Notes: a model not told the origin generated them from the letters alone. Counted from the first letter of the stretch, positions 48,408-58,077 are shown. The stretch: 64,000 nt of DNA from an uncultured Eubacteriales bacterium (GCA_934486615.1 CAKSQO010000002.1:112425-176424), one strand, 5' to 3'. Numbers and translations are program-made.

Positions 48408-50228
48408 ATGTTTGCAAAGCAAAAATTCAGGCGGTTTGCGGTACTTGCCGCCGTGTGCGCGATTGTCGTTTTCTGTATGACCTATCTGGGTCTGTCGGTC
48501 GCGGCCGACGGCAGCTCCGACAAGGCGGCGGGCGCCGACAGCTTCACCGTCACGGTCGACGGTGAAGACACCGAGTACGACCTCTCCGACGGTGAGAGCG
48601 CTCAGGCCTACGTTGACGGCTACGCCGACAATCTGGTGAACGACAAGGGCTTTGAGAGCCACATATCCTCGGCTCTTGAGACCGTCAGAAAGTCGGTCGG
48701 GCAATACGCGACCGTGTGGGCGCTCGTCCCGCCGCTGGTTGCGATAGTGCTGGCGCTGATAACAAAGGAGGTCTACTCCTCGCTGTTCGTCGGTATCCTC
48801 ATCGGCGGCATGATATACTCGAACTTCAGCTTTGAGGGCACTATGGTTCACGTTTTCAGCGACGGCTTCGTCGGCAGCGTTGCCGACGCATACAACGTCG
48901 GTATCATTATCTTTCTTATAATGCTCGGCGCCATGGTCGCGATGATGAACAAGGCAGGCGGCTCGGCGGCGTTCGGCCGTTGGGCGACCAAGCATATCAA
49001 GAGCCGCACAGGCGCTATGCTCGCGACTGTTGCACTCGGCGTGCTGATATTCGTTGACGATTACTTCAACTGCCTGACCGTCGGCTCGGTCATGCGCCCG
49101 GTGACCGACAAGCAGAACGTCTCGCGTGCAAAGCTTGCCTACCTCATTGACGCGACGGCCGCGCCCGTTTGCATTATCGCGCCCATTTCGTCGTGGGCGG
49201 CAGCGGTTGCGGGCTTTGCAAAGGGAGCGGGAGCCGAGAGCGGCATTTCGCTGTTTGTCAGCGCTATTCCCTACAACTTCTATGCTCTGCTGACAATTGT
49301 AATGATGATAGTCATTTCGGTCGCTAACATCGACTACGGTCCGATGAAAAAGCACGAGGACAACGCCAAAAACGGCGATATTTTCACCACCGAGGTCAAG
49401 ACTGCCGTAGAAAACATGGAAGGAAATGAGCGCGGCCGCGTGTGCGACCTTGTTGTTCCCGTCATCTTCCTTATCATAGCATGCGTTATGGGCATGATAT
49501 ACTCGGGCGGCTTCTTCACCGAAGGCAGCGGAGGCTACAGGGACTTTGTCACCGCGTTTTCCAACTCGGATGCTTCGGTCGGCCTGCTTTACGGCTCGTT
49601 TATTTCGGTCATATTCACGGTCATCTTCTTTATGTGCAGGCGCGTGCTGTCGTTTAAAGACTGCATGGCGTCTATCCCCGACGGCTTCAAGGCAATGGTG
49701 CCCGCCATTATGATCCTCGTCTGCGCGTGGACGCTCAAGACCATGACCGACAGCCTCGGCGCGAAGATATTCATTTCACAGCTTATTGAAAGCAGCGCAG
49801 GTGCGTTCAATTTCCTGCTGCCTGCAATTATATTTGTTATAGCAGTCGGACTTTCGTTCTCAACGGGTACTTCGTGGGGCACGTTCGGCATACTTATTCC
49901 GATAGTGCTCAGCGTTTTCACTGCAGAGAGCGGCCCGATAACCGTCATCTCCATCTCCGCGTGCATGGCGGGTGCGGTCTGCGGCGACCACTGCTCACCC
50001 ATTTCCGACACGACCATTATGGCATCCGCAGGCGCGCAGTGTGACCACATCAGCCACGTTTCAACGCAGCTGCCTTATGCGATGACGGTCGCTGCGGTCA
50101 GCTTCATTGCCTACATCATCGCAGGCTTCATTCAAAACTGGCTTATCGTGCTGCCTATCGCGATAGTCCTGCTTACGGCGACACTCTTCGTTATAAAAGC
50201 GGTCGTCGCCAAGCGCGAAAAGGCCTGA
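48408..50228 (+). CDS. NhaC-family transporter, LysW-like (putative lysine transporter)
   Basis: It is a polytopic NhaC-family protein (LVPPLVAIVLALITKEVYSSLFVGILIGG) with an N-terminal signal/extracytoplasmic segment, preceded by an L-box. Confidence 0.7.
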   Translation: MFAKQKFRRFAVLAAVCAIVVFCMTYLGLSVAADGSSDKAAGADSFTVTVDGEDTEYDLSDGESAQAYVDGYADNLVNDKGFESHISSALETVRKSVGQYATVWALVPPLVAIVLALITKEVYSSLFVGILIGGMIYSNFSFEGTMVHVFSDGFVGSVADAYNVGIIIFLIMLGAMVAMMNKAGGSAAFGRWATKHIKSRTGAMLATVALGVLIFVDDYFNCLTVGSVMRPVTDKQNVSRAKLAYLIDATAAPVCIIAPISSWAAAVAGFAKGAGAESGISLFVSAIPYNFYALLTIVMMIVISVANIDYGPMKKHEDNAKNGDIFTTEVKTAVENMEGNERGRVCDLVVPVIFLIIACVMGMIYSGGFFTEGSGGYRDFVTAFSNSDASVGLLYGSFISVIFTVIFFMCRRVLSFKDCMASIPDGFKAMVPAIMILVCAWTLKTMTDSLGAKIFISQLIESSAGAFNFLLPAIIFVIAVGLSFSTGTSWGTFGILIPIVLSVFTAESGPITVISISACMAGAVCGDHCSPISDTTIMASAGAQCDHISHVSTQLPYAMTVAAVSFIAYIIAGFIQNWLIVLPIAIVLLTATLFVIKAVVAKREKA

Positions 50229-50337
50229 TTAGGCCGCAGTGCAAAAGCCTGCTCACCGGCTGTTTATGCACCGACACATCAACAAAAGCCGTGCGCTCCC
50301 TCATTTTCAGGCGAGTGCACGGCTTTAAAATTTATCC

Positions 50338-51144
50338 TTATTTTGTGTGAACGTCGAGCTGCGGAAACGGTATCGAAATGCCGTTTTTATCGAATGCCTT
50401 TTTGACCTGCTCGGGCAGGCGCAGCTTGACTTTCCAGTAGTCCCCGCTCTTGACCCAGATGCGCATGACAAAGTCGAGCGAGCTTGAGTTCATCGTCGTC
50501 AGTATGACCTCGGGCGCGGGAGTATCGAGCGCCTCGGGCGTTTCGCTTGCGAGTGTCAGAAGTACATCGCGGGTCTTGTCAATATCGTCGGAATAAGAGG
50601 TCGAGCATGGTATGTCGAGCCTGACCTCCTCCTTTTGCCAGTAATTTACAACGTCGCCCGCCATCACCGTGCCGTTGGGGATAGTCACGACGTGATTGTC
50701 GGCGGTGTAAAGCACGGTATAAAACACGGTTATGTCGTGCACCGTGCCCGTTTTGCCGCTGGTTTCGATGTAATCGCCGACCCTGAACGGCTTGAAAATC
50801 AGTATCATCAGCCCGCCCGCGAGGTTTGACAGCGCGCCCTGCAGCGCAAGGCCGACCGCCAGTCCGCAAGACGCGAGCACCGTCATGAACGAGGTCATCG
50901 GTATGCCGAGAACGTAGGCCGCAGTCAGCACGACAAGCGCGTTGAGCACGATTTTAAGTGCGCTGTTTATGAACGTGCGCACACCCGCGTCGAGCTTTGA
51001 ATAGCCGTGTCCGCGGTTTATCCACTTTATCACCCACTTTGACAGCTTCAGTCCGATTACGAGGATAAGCGCCGTGAATATCAGCTTCATCCCGACGTTC
51101 GTGACCGCTTCGGCCAGCCGGTCGAGTATCTTTTGAGTGTCCAT
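50338..51144 (-). CDS. Small-conductance mechanosensitive channel (MscS family)
   Basis: MscS pore and beta-domain motifs are present (GLALQGALSNLAGGLMILIFKPFRVGDYIE). Confidence 0.8.
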   Translation of the reverse strand: MDTQKILDRLAEAVTNVGMKLIFTALILVIGLKLSKWVIKWINRGHGYSKLDAGVRTFINSALKIVLNALVVLTAAYVLGIPMTSFMTVLASCGLAVGLALQGALSNLAGGLMILIFKPFRVGDYIETSGKTGTVHDITVFYTVLYTADNHVVTIPNGTVMAGDVVNYWQKEEVRLDIPCSTSYSDDIDKTRDVLLTLASETPEALDTPAPEVILTTMNSSSLDFVMRIWVKSGDYWKVKLRLPEQVKKAFDKNGISIPFPQLDVHTK

Positions 51145-51316
51145 ACGATTCCTCCGAAAAGTTTCTTTTATTCTGATTATATCCCAAATTCGGTTACTTG
51201 GCAAGAAAAAGCCTGCGCCGTTTATCCGACAGGCTGAAAATTATGTGAAGTGCGACAAAATCACTGATTTTGCAGCCTGCACTATTGCCTTTTACATTTG
51301 AATGCGATATTATTAG

Positions 51317-51631
51317 ATGGGTTCTTCGCAGCTGAGCTTTAAACCGATGAAGAGCCTTCCGAAAGAACCCGTAAATAAGCTTTTCGACATCGGCAGCATC
51401 GCTGTTCAGGTCGAGCCGGTCAAAGCTCGCGCCGACAAAGCTGCCGTGACCGACTTTACGGACAGATTGACGGAGAATAAGGCCGCGGTTATGCCTGCCC
51501 ATAACTGCTTCGCAACGCGTAACGCCGTCTGCGCCATAGTTATTAAAGGCGGAGAGACCGAAGCCGCGGGTACTCCCGAGGAGCTGCTCGGGAGCAACGA
51601 GTTCTGCCGTATGTTCAGCCGAACACTGTAA
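51317..51631 (+). pseudogene. Degenerate 3' fragment of an ABC exporter ATP-binding protein
   Basis: LFDIGSIAVQVEP...AAVMPAHNCFATRNAVCAIVIKGGETEAAGTPEELL...EFCRMF parallels the Walker B / D-loop / H-loop / C-terminal region of ABC exporters (LLDEATSALD...IAHRLSTI...GTHEELL) with key catalytic residues substituted. No N-terminal part is present. Confidence 0.45.
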
Positions 51632-51670
51632 TTTTCAGAGCCTTTTTTGAAAACAGAAAGGAGTTTTCCC

Positions 51671-54553
51671 ATGCAATCAAACGACATCAAGCTGAGCGCC
51701 GCCGCCGTCGGCGACGTCTGCCGCGGCTTCAGACTTGTAAACAAGCAATATGTCGAGTCAAAAGCCGCCGACCTGTACACTCTCAAGCACGAGAAAACGG
51801 GCGCCGAGCTGCTCTATTTTGACCGCAGCGACGAGAACAAGACGTTCTCCGTCGCGTTCAAGACCCTGCCCGAGGACAGCACGGGCGTGTTCCACATTCT
51901 CGAGCACAGCGTGCTCAACGGCTCGCGCAAATTCCCTGTGAAGGAGCCGTTTGTGTCGATGCTGCAAAGCTCGATGCAGACTTTCCTCAACGCGATGACC
52001 TACAGCGACAAGACGGTGTTCCCCGTTTCCAGCCGCAACGAGCAGGATCTGTTCAACCTGATGGAGGTCTATCTTGACGCGGTGTTCTGCCCCGCCATTT
52101 ACGACCGACCCGAAATTTTCATGCAGGAGGGCTGGCACTACGAGTTCAAATCGGACGACAGCGAGCCCTACTTCAACGGCGTTGTTTTCAGCGAGATGAA
52201 GGGCGTTTACGCCGACGTTGACCGCGTCATTGCCGACGAGACCGAGCGTATGCTCTTCCCCGACACAAGCTACGGCTTCATCAGCGGCGGTCACCCCGAC
52301 AACATCACCGACTTAACTTACGAGAAGTTCATCGCGACCCACAAGCGCTTCTATCACCCGTCGAACGCGAGGATTTTCCTCGACGGACATATGGACGTTG
52401 ATGCGGCGCTTGCGCTCATCGACGGCGACTATCTGTCCAAGTACGACCGCCGCGAGCCCGACTTCGACTTTGTCCGTCAGACCCCGAAGGCGGTCGAGAG
52501 CACCCTGCTCTTCGAGCCGCGCGAGGGCGAGGAGGAGCTTGCGCACCTGTCCGTGGCGAAGATACTCTGCGACCACGACGACGTGCTGAAAATCTATGCG
52601 GCGAAGGTGCTCGCCGACTACCTGACAGGCTCGAACGAAGCGCCGCTCAAGCGCGCATTCCTTGAAAAGGGTCTGGCGCAGGACATCAGCCTTGAAATCT
52701 GCGACGGCATTTATCAGCCGTTCTTCGCCCTCGTCGTCCGCAACACGAGCGCGGATAAGTTTGACGAAATCAAAGCTTTCATTCCCGAAGCCGTCAAGGC
52801 TATGCTCGCAAACGGGCTTAACCGCAGGTCGCTGACCGCGTCGCTCGAGCGCTTCGCGTTCGTAAACCGCGAGATAAGCGAGCCGTACGGCGTTGAGCTT
52901 GCGGTAAAGGCGCTCGACGGCTGGCTCTACGGTGACGACCCGCTGACCCACATCGACAACGCGGGCGTGTTCGATGAGCTGCACGCAAAGCTCGACGAGG
53001 GCTGCTTTGAAGCGCTGCTTGACGAAATGCTTGGCTCTGCCGAAGCCATGTCGTACCTGAGCGTGCTGCCCTCGACGACCAAGGCCGAGCTTGACGCAAA
53101 GCGCGAGAGCGACAAGGTCGCCGCCGCAACCGCCAAATGGAGCGCGGACGAGCGCGCAAGGCAGCTTGCCGCGTTCAAAAAAATGCAGCAATGGCAGCAG
53201 ACTCCCGACACGGACGCCGCCCTCGCCGCCCTGCCGCACCTCGCTTTAAAGGACGTGCCCGTTGAGGTCGCGCCGATTGAAACTGCAATCAGCTCTGTCA
53301 GGGGCTGCGACGTGCTCGAGGTCAACGGCGACACAAACGGCATCGTTTACCTTAACCTGTATTTCGACGTGTCGGACTTCACCTGCGACGAGCTGCGTCT
53401 GCTGAATGTAATGACAGCGTTCTTCGGTGAGCTGCGCACCGAGCACTACTCGGCCGACGAGCTGCAAACGGACATCAAGGCTACGCTCGGCGGACTTGAG
53501 TTAAAGATAGCCGTTATGTCCAAGGCAGGCGACACGGCGCACTGCAAGCCGTACCTTTTAGTCGGCGCGAGCATGCTCAAAGAAAATGTCACGCCTGCGC
53601 TTGAGCTGATACGCGAGATTCTGCTGAACGCCCGCTTTGACGAGGCAGACCGCATCGCTGAAACCGTCGCGCAGAGCGACTACTTTCTCAAGCAGTCGCT
53701 TATAGGCAACGGCCACGTTTTTGCGATAAGCAAGGCGCTCTCCGCGTTCTCGTCCGAGGGCGCGCTCAAGGATGCGCTCGAGGGCGAGAGCTTCGTAAAA
53801 TGGTTCGCCGATTTTGCGGAAAAGTTCGGAGCCGACCCCGAAAGCTTCAGCAAGCGCTTTGCCGAGCTTAACGCAAAGGCGTTCACGTCGGGCCGCCTGT
53901 TCGCAGGCTTCGGCGGCGAGCTTGAGCTGAGTTCGCTCGAGAGCCTTATCGCCGCCATACCGGACGGCAAGCCTGCCGCTGCGGCCGAGCTGCCCGTCTT
54001 TGAGCGCGGCAACTGCGCAATCGAAATTCCGTCCGACGTCGGCTATTCGGCGCTCGGCAACAACCTTTACGCTATGGGCAGGCGCTTTACCGGCGCCTGC
54101 AGCGTGCTCGGCTCGCTGATGACGTTCGGCTACCTGTGGAACGCGGTGCGCGTTCAGGGCGGCGCTTACGGCACGGGCATGAGCGTGCGCGCAAACGGCG
54201 ACGTATTCTGCTACTCCTACCGCGACCCGAATCTTGAAAATTCGCTTGCCGCTTTCAGCGGTACGGCGGATTTCCTGCAGGGCTTCCTCGCACAGGGAAT
54301 GCCGCTTGACGACATCATCATCGGCACGGTCAACCAGACCGACCCGCTGCTCGACCCGTCCGGCAAGTGCGACCTTATGTGCGCACGCTATCTCAGGGGC
54401 ACTGCGCACGACGACATCGCGCGCATCCGCCGCGAGATCCTCTCGACCTCGCCCGACGACCTCACCGAGCTGGTCGGTATGCTGCTCGAATGCGTCGAGA
54501 GCGGCAGGTTCTGCGCCGTCGGCAACAGGGACTCCGTCGCGTTCGTGAAATAA
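51671..54553 (+). CDS. M16-family Zn metallopeptidase (insulinase/PreP-like, about 960 aa)
   Basis: The inverted zinc motif HILEH...E is present, at a length typical of PreP/CYM1-like peptidasomes. Confidence 0.8.
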   Translation: MQSNDIKLSAAAVGDVCRGFRLVNKQYVESKAADLYTLKHEKTGAELLYFDRSDENKTFSVAFKTLPEDSTGVFHILEHSVLNGSRKFPVKEPFVSMLQSSMQTFLNAMTYSDKTVFPVSSRNEQDLFNLMEVYLDAVFCPAIYDRPEIFMQEGWHYEFKSDDSEPYFNGVVFSEMKGVYADVDRVIADETERMLFPDTSYGFISGGHPDNITDLTYEKFIATHKRFYHPSNARIFLDGHMDVDAALALIDGDYLSKYDRREPDFDFVRQTPKAVESTLLFEPREGEEELAHLSVAKILCDHDDVLKIYAAKVLADYLTGSNEAPLKRAFLEKGLAQDISLEICDGIYQPFFALVVRNTSADKFDEIKAFIPEAVKAMLANGLNRRSLTASLERFAFVNREISEPYGVELAVKALDGWLYGDDPLTHIDNAGVFDELHAKLDEGCFEALLDEMLGSAEAMSYLSVLPSTTKAELDAKRESDKVAAATAKWSADERARQLAAFKKMQQWQQTPDTDAALAALPHLALKDVPVEVAPIETAISSVRGCDVLEVNGDTNGIVYLNLYFDVSDFTCDELRLLNVMTAFFGELRTEHYSADELQTDIKATLGGLELKIAVMSKAGDTAHCKPYLLVGASMLKENVTPALELIREILLNARFDEADRIAETVAQSDYFLKQSLIGNGHVFAISKALSAFSSEGALKDALEGESFVKWFADFAEKFGADPESFSKRFAELNAKAFTSGRLFAGFGGELELSSLESLIAAIPDGKPAAAAELPVFERGNCAIEIPSDVGYSALGNNLYAMGRRFTGACSVLGSLMTFGYLWNAVRVQGGAYGTGMSVRANGDVFCYSYRDPNLENSLAAFSGTADFLQGFLAQGMPLDDIIIGTVNQTDPLLDPSGKCDLMCARYLRGTAHDDIARIRREILSTSPDDLTELVGMLLECVESGRFCAVGNRDSVAFVK

Positions 54554-54737
54554 GCAAAGAGGCACTTAAATCAGGCGCGCCTTTTGCACCGACTCAAGGT
54601 GCGCTTGATTTTAGGCGATTTCAACCGATGCCGACATCGGCAGACAAGGGTAAGCACGGTTTTTTTCTGTCTGCCGACGGTAATGTTTGACTTTTTCAAA
54701 GCGGCGATGTATAATTGCATATGTTCACAGCGCATAC

Positions 54738-54811
54738 GCAGGTGTAGTTTAATGGCAGAACATCAGCTTCCCAAGCTGAATACGGGGGTTCGATTCCCCT
54801 CACCTGCTCCA
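54738..54811 (+). tRNA. tRNA-Gly (anticodon CCC), CCA encoded
   Basis: Cloverleaf by hand: acceptor GCAGGTG/CACCTGC, D-arm GTTT..GAAC, anticodon stem TCAGC/GCTGA with loop TTCCCAA, T-arm GGGGG-TTCGATT-CCCCT, discriminator T, then CCA. A terminator hairpin follows (AAAAAGCTCC...GGAGCTTTTT). Confidence 0.8.
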
Positions 54812-55104
54812 AAAAAGCTCCAAGTCATTTGACTCGGAGCTTTTTCAATGAAATAAATCCCTGCGGGGTTTGTGAAATGCCCTGCAGGGATGAAATATTG
54901 CTTAAAAATATGAAATTCGCCTCTCGGCGCGTAAAATCGCTGCGGCGACGGGTGGATTTTATTTGATATTCGGCAACAGCTTAAATTTTCATCAAAGCTC
55001 AGCCTTTGATTTTATTTTTAAATTAAAGGCGAAAATCGAGCTGTACGCTGACTTCATTCAACAATGACAAGCGGATTGTACGATTCAATAAACGACACGG
55101 CCGA

Positions 55105-55150
55105 AGGCGAAGCACTGTGACTTTTGCCTTTGGCCGTTTTTGTTTGCATA
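55105..55150 (-). terminator. Rho-independent terminator of the phosphatase gene
   Basis: CGGCCGAAGGC ... GCCTTTGGCCG is a hairpin with T-rich flanks, about 35 nt past the stop at 55183. Confidence 0.55.
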
Positions 55151-55182
55151 TATGCGAGCAGACTTGCGCCGCCAAGCTGCTC

Positions 55183-56553
55183 TTACACCTTAAACATGAG
55201 TGTGGATAAATCGTCGAAGGTTATTTCGCCGCGGCCTGCAGAATTGCCGACGTTTACGGTCAGCGTACCGTTTTTCAGGCCGTAGGCGACCTTTTTGCCC
55301 TCGAGTGTCACGGAGGTGACCGACTTGCTCTTACGCATATTCAGCTCAAAGCTGACCTTGCCGTCGCTCGGGGTCTGATGCGAGAGCGACTGCGACTTGA
55401 ACACTGCCGAGTCGGTCATCAGAATATTATAGATATTCGACATCTCCATATCGGTCAGGCCTACGCGGCGCATAATCGTAACGGCCTTGTCGTGCGAAGT
55501 GTTGCCCTGAGCCGCTCTGAGGCCCGTCACAAGCTGCTCGAAGCCGTCGTCTCCGGCGGTATAGGAGCGCGGGCGGTTGGGCGTAAGCTCGTAGTCGATG
55601 AAGACATTCCGCTCATCGACACCGACAAACGATTCGAGCATAAACGCCAAAGTGCCCGTGCGGTCGGCGCCCGCAGCGCAGTGGAACACTATCGGGTAGT
55701 TATCGAGGTCGGCAAACAGCTTGAGCGCTTTTCCCGAGCCGTCGCCGCCGTAAAGGAACGACCTGTACGCGGCAATCGGCACACGGACGTAGTTTACGTC
55801 CGCGCTTATCGGGCTGCGGGTTCTGTACTCCTCGGCGACCTCCGCTTCGGTGCGCAGGTCGAGGTCGGTCTTGACGCCGAGCAGACCTGTCAGCAGCTGC
55901 CTGCCGTCGTCGGTGACGTTGTCGATTGACGCGCAGCGGTAGACAAGCCCCTGCTTTATTCGCTTGCCGCCGTCGGCGGGCCAGCTGCCCATGTCACGGA
56001 AGTTGCCGACTCCGCCGACCGCGATAACGCGCGGACCGTCGAGGGTCCTGAACTCGTAAGTCTCGGTCTGCTTTTCTTCTCCGTCGGCGGTGAAGCGCGC
56101 CATGCAATAATATGCAGTGCCCGTTTTGAGTGCATTTATGTTGACCGTACCGTGCCCCGTCGCATCAAACACGCGCGGGTCGGACATATCCTTGTTTTCG
56201 GACACGAGCAGCTCGATTTTTTCGGGATTGCCGACCGAGTTTATCCTTATGCGGGCGGGAGTATGCAGGTCGGAGCTGCCGATGAACGAATAGTAATCAA
56301 CCGTGTTCGAGGCAAAATCGTTCAGGTCGTACATCTCAGCTTTTTGCATATAAAGGCGGAGCGTGTCGGTGTTCAGGTCGTACTCCTCGTCGACGGAGAG
56401 CTTTACGTCAATCAAACCCTCCGTTGATGAGGCCGACGAATCCGACGACCCGGTCGAAGCTGCGGACGAGCTTCCCGCCGTTTTATTCTTGCCGCACGCT
56501 GCGGCAGACGCAAAAAGCATTGCGGCGCAGATGAGCGCTAAAATCCTTTTCAA
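55183..56553 (-). CDS. Secreted/lipoprotein tyrosine-phosphatase-like protein (CX5R active site) with an N-terminal beta-rich domain
   Basis: The P-loop HCAAGADRTG (CX5R) is in the C-terminal half. A TTG start gives a lipoprotein signal MKRILALICAAMLFASAAACG followed by a Ser-rich linker. Confidence 0.6.
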   Translation of the reverse strand: MKRILALICAAMLFASAAACGKNKTAGSSSAASTGSSDSSASSTEGLIDVKLSVDEEYDLNTDTLRLYMQKAEMYDLNDFASNTVDYYSFIGSSDLHTPARIRINSVGNPEKIELLVSENKDMSDPRVFDATGHGTVNINALKTGTAYYCMARFTADGEEKQTETYEFRTLDGPRVIAVGGVGNFRDMGSWPADGGKRIKQGLVYRCASIDNVTDDGRQLLTGLLGVKTDLDLRTEAEVAEEYRTRSPISADVNYVRVPIAAYRSFLYGGDGSGKALKLFADLDNYPIVFHCAAGADRTGTLAFMLESFVGVDERNVFIDYELTPNRPRSYTAGDDGFEQLVTGLRAAQGNTSHDKAVTIMRRVGLTDMEMSNIYNILMTDSAVFKSQSLSHQTPSDGKVSFELNMRKSKSVTSVTLEGKKVAYGLKNGTLTVNVGNSAGRGEITFDDLSTLMFKV

Positions 56554-56698
56554 AAAATCACCGCTTTCCGTTATTACCGTTAATTCTAACATAAAAAGGT
56601 GCGCCGAATAACTGCCATAAGCAACAAAATCACAGCCGCTCTTTTGTGGCCTATCAACAAAAACACCCGCGGCCGAGAAAAAGTCGCGGGCGTTTAAG

Positions 56699-57229
56699 TT
56701 ATTTTGGATAGACAAGGCGGTCAGCCGCTTTAAGCGCGTTGGCTATCGGCACTGTCAGCAGGCCCATACACAGGTTGCCCGCGGCGTGTACCACGTCCCA
56801 CGGCAGACCCGCGATTATCCATGTTACGGTTGCCTTGAAGGACAGCCCGTACATCAGCGCCTGAGCAGGCGCGTACAGCGTGCCGAACAGCATACCGTGC
56901 ACGGCACACACGGCGCAGCAGGCGGGCACGGCAGCCTTGGCCGACATCTTCCCCGGCAGCAGCATCGCAGCGCCCCACAGCGGCAGCCATATATACAGAT
57001 ACGGCAGCCACCACATATGAAAGCCGTTGAACAGCCCGCACAGGAACACGAACAGATAAAGCGGAATCAGCGCCTTTGAGCGGTAAACGAGAGTATAGGC
57101 CACGGTCAGCATGGCTATCGGGTGCACGTTTGGCATAAACTCCATTATGACCTTGGCAACGTACATCACCGTGCCGAGCAGGGCGAACACCGCCGTCTCC
57201 CTTATGCTGAGGGCCGGTTTGCGCTTCAC
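56699..57229 (-). CDS. Small polytopic membrane protein, ECF-transporter S-component-like (candidate cobalamin-specific S component)
   Basis: It is 176 aa with about 5-6 TM helices. It overlaps the upstream DUF4430 lipoprotein gene as ATGA and lies under a cobalamin riboswitch. Confidence 0.45.
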   Translation of the reverse strand: MKRKPALSIRETAVFALLGTVMYVAKVIMEFMPNVHPIAMLTVAYTLVYRSKALIPLYLFVFLCGLFNGFHMWWLPYLYIWLPLWGAAMLLPGKMSAKAAVPACCAVCAVHGMLFGTLYAPAQALMYGLSFKATVTWIIAGLPWDVVHAAGNLCMGLLTVPIANALKAADRLVYPK

Positions 57230-57720
57230 CCCTCGGCTACTGTTGCCACGAACGAATAGGTAGCGCCCGCGGTGATTTCGGTCGAGTCAACGCCGGTGGA
57301 AGCGTAGTCGCCGTCGATGTAGAACGCCCAGTAAGAGCCGTCGGTGTTATAGTCAAGGGTAACGCCGTTGACGGTCGTGACAAACAGGCCGTAGGAGCTG
57401 TCCTGACCCGCGATGAGGCCGACCTTCAGCAGAGCGGCGCCGACGGTGGTCTCGTCGGTGTTGACGGTAAACTCGGTGCTTTTTTTGTCGGCGTCGGTGA
57501 CGACGAACTTGAACTTGGTGCTGCCCTCGCCGACAACGTTGGCGTCGCCTGCCTTGCTCGAAACGGAGCTGCTCGCCGGAGCGCTCGATACGTTGCTCGA
57601 AGCGGAGCTTGACGCGCCCTTATCGGAACCGCAGGAGGTCATAGTCAGTGCAACAGCCGCAGAAAGCACCAGACAAAGCAGAGCGGAAACGACAGAGGAA
57701 GTAAACTTTTTCTTTTCCAT
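57226..57720 (-). CDS. DUF4430-type lipoprotein (candidate surface cobalamin-binding protein)
   Basis: A lipobox (LTMTSCG) is followed by a Ser-rich linker and a C-terminal beta-rich domain with the DUF4430-like TVNGVTLDYNTDGSYWAFYIDG motif. Confidence 0.5.
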   Translation of the reverse strand: MEKKKFTSSVVSALLCLVLSAAVALTMTSCGSDKGASSSASSNVSSAPASSSVSSKAGDANVVGEGSTKFKFVVTDADKKSTEFTVNTDETTVGAALLKVGLIAGQDSSYGLFVTTVNGVTLDYNTDGSYWAFYIDGDYASTGVDSTEITAGATYSFVATVAEG

Positions 57721-57789
57721 TTTTTCTTTTCTCCTTAGAAAAATATTGCCGTTCTCTCACGCAGGCGATCGCTGCGGACTTAATGCTTT

Positions 57790-58005
57790 GAGCATTAGGT
57801 CATAACGGCTCGGGCGACAAGGTCTTTCGACTTAAAGCACCGCTCGCTCACCTTCTCGCCGAAAGCCCACAGGGCACATCGGCAATGGCTTTTACGCGGC
57901 GAAAAGCTGCGGCTTTTCGACTCGCTGCGTACTGCGCGCGGCATAAAATGCTTATCACGGCGGCGGGCCCGTGCGGGAATTTCACCCGTTTCCCTTTTTC
58001 GCCAC
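57790..58005 (-). ncRNA. Cobalamin riboswitch in the leader of the DUF4430/S-component operon
   Basis: Minus strand after the TSS: GGTGGCGAAAAAGGGAAACGGGTGAAATTCCCGCACGGGCCCGCCGCCGTGATAAGC matches the RF00174 core (GGUG...AAxAGGGAA..GGUGAAAxUCC..CGGxCCCGCCxCUG). A B12-box-like GCCATTG lies downstream. Confidence 0.7.
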
Positions 58006-58010
58006 CGATT

Positions 58011-58039
58011 ATTCTATCATATTAAGCGTCCGCGGTCAA
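58011..58039 (-). promoter_or_regulatory. Sigma-A promoter for the cobalamin-riboswitch leader
   Basis: Minus strand: TTGACC (58039-58034), a 17-nt spacer, then TAGAAT (58016-58011), ending 4 nt before the riboswitch GGTG. Confidence 0.6.
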
Positions 58040-58049
58040 TCTTGCACTA

Positions 58050-58077
58050 TTGACAAATGCGGCTTTGGGTGTAAAAT
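58050..58077 (+). promoter_or_regulatory. Divergent sigma-A promoter for the PII-like/CPA2 operon
   Basis: TTGACA (58050-58055), a 16-nt spacer, then TAAAAT (58072-58077). RBS AAGAGGAGG precedes the gene at 58111. Confidence 0.5.

Noticed and set aside
52313-54565. Minus-strand ORFs of 308 and 335 aa inside the M16 peptidase gene
   Set aside because: They are antisense to a continuous 960-aa peptidase ORF that has the HXXEH motif.
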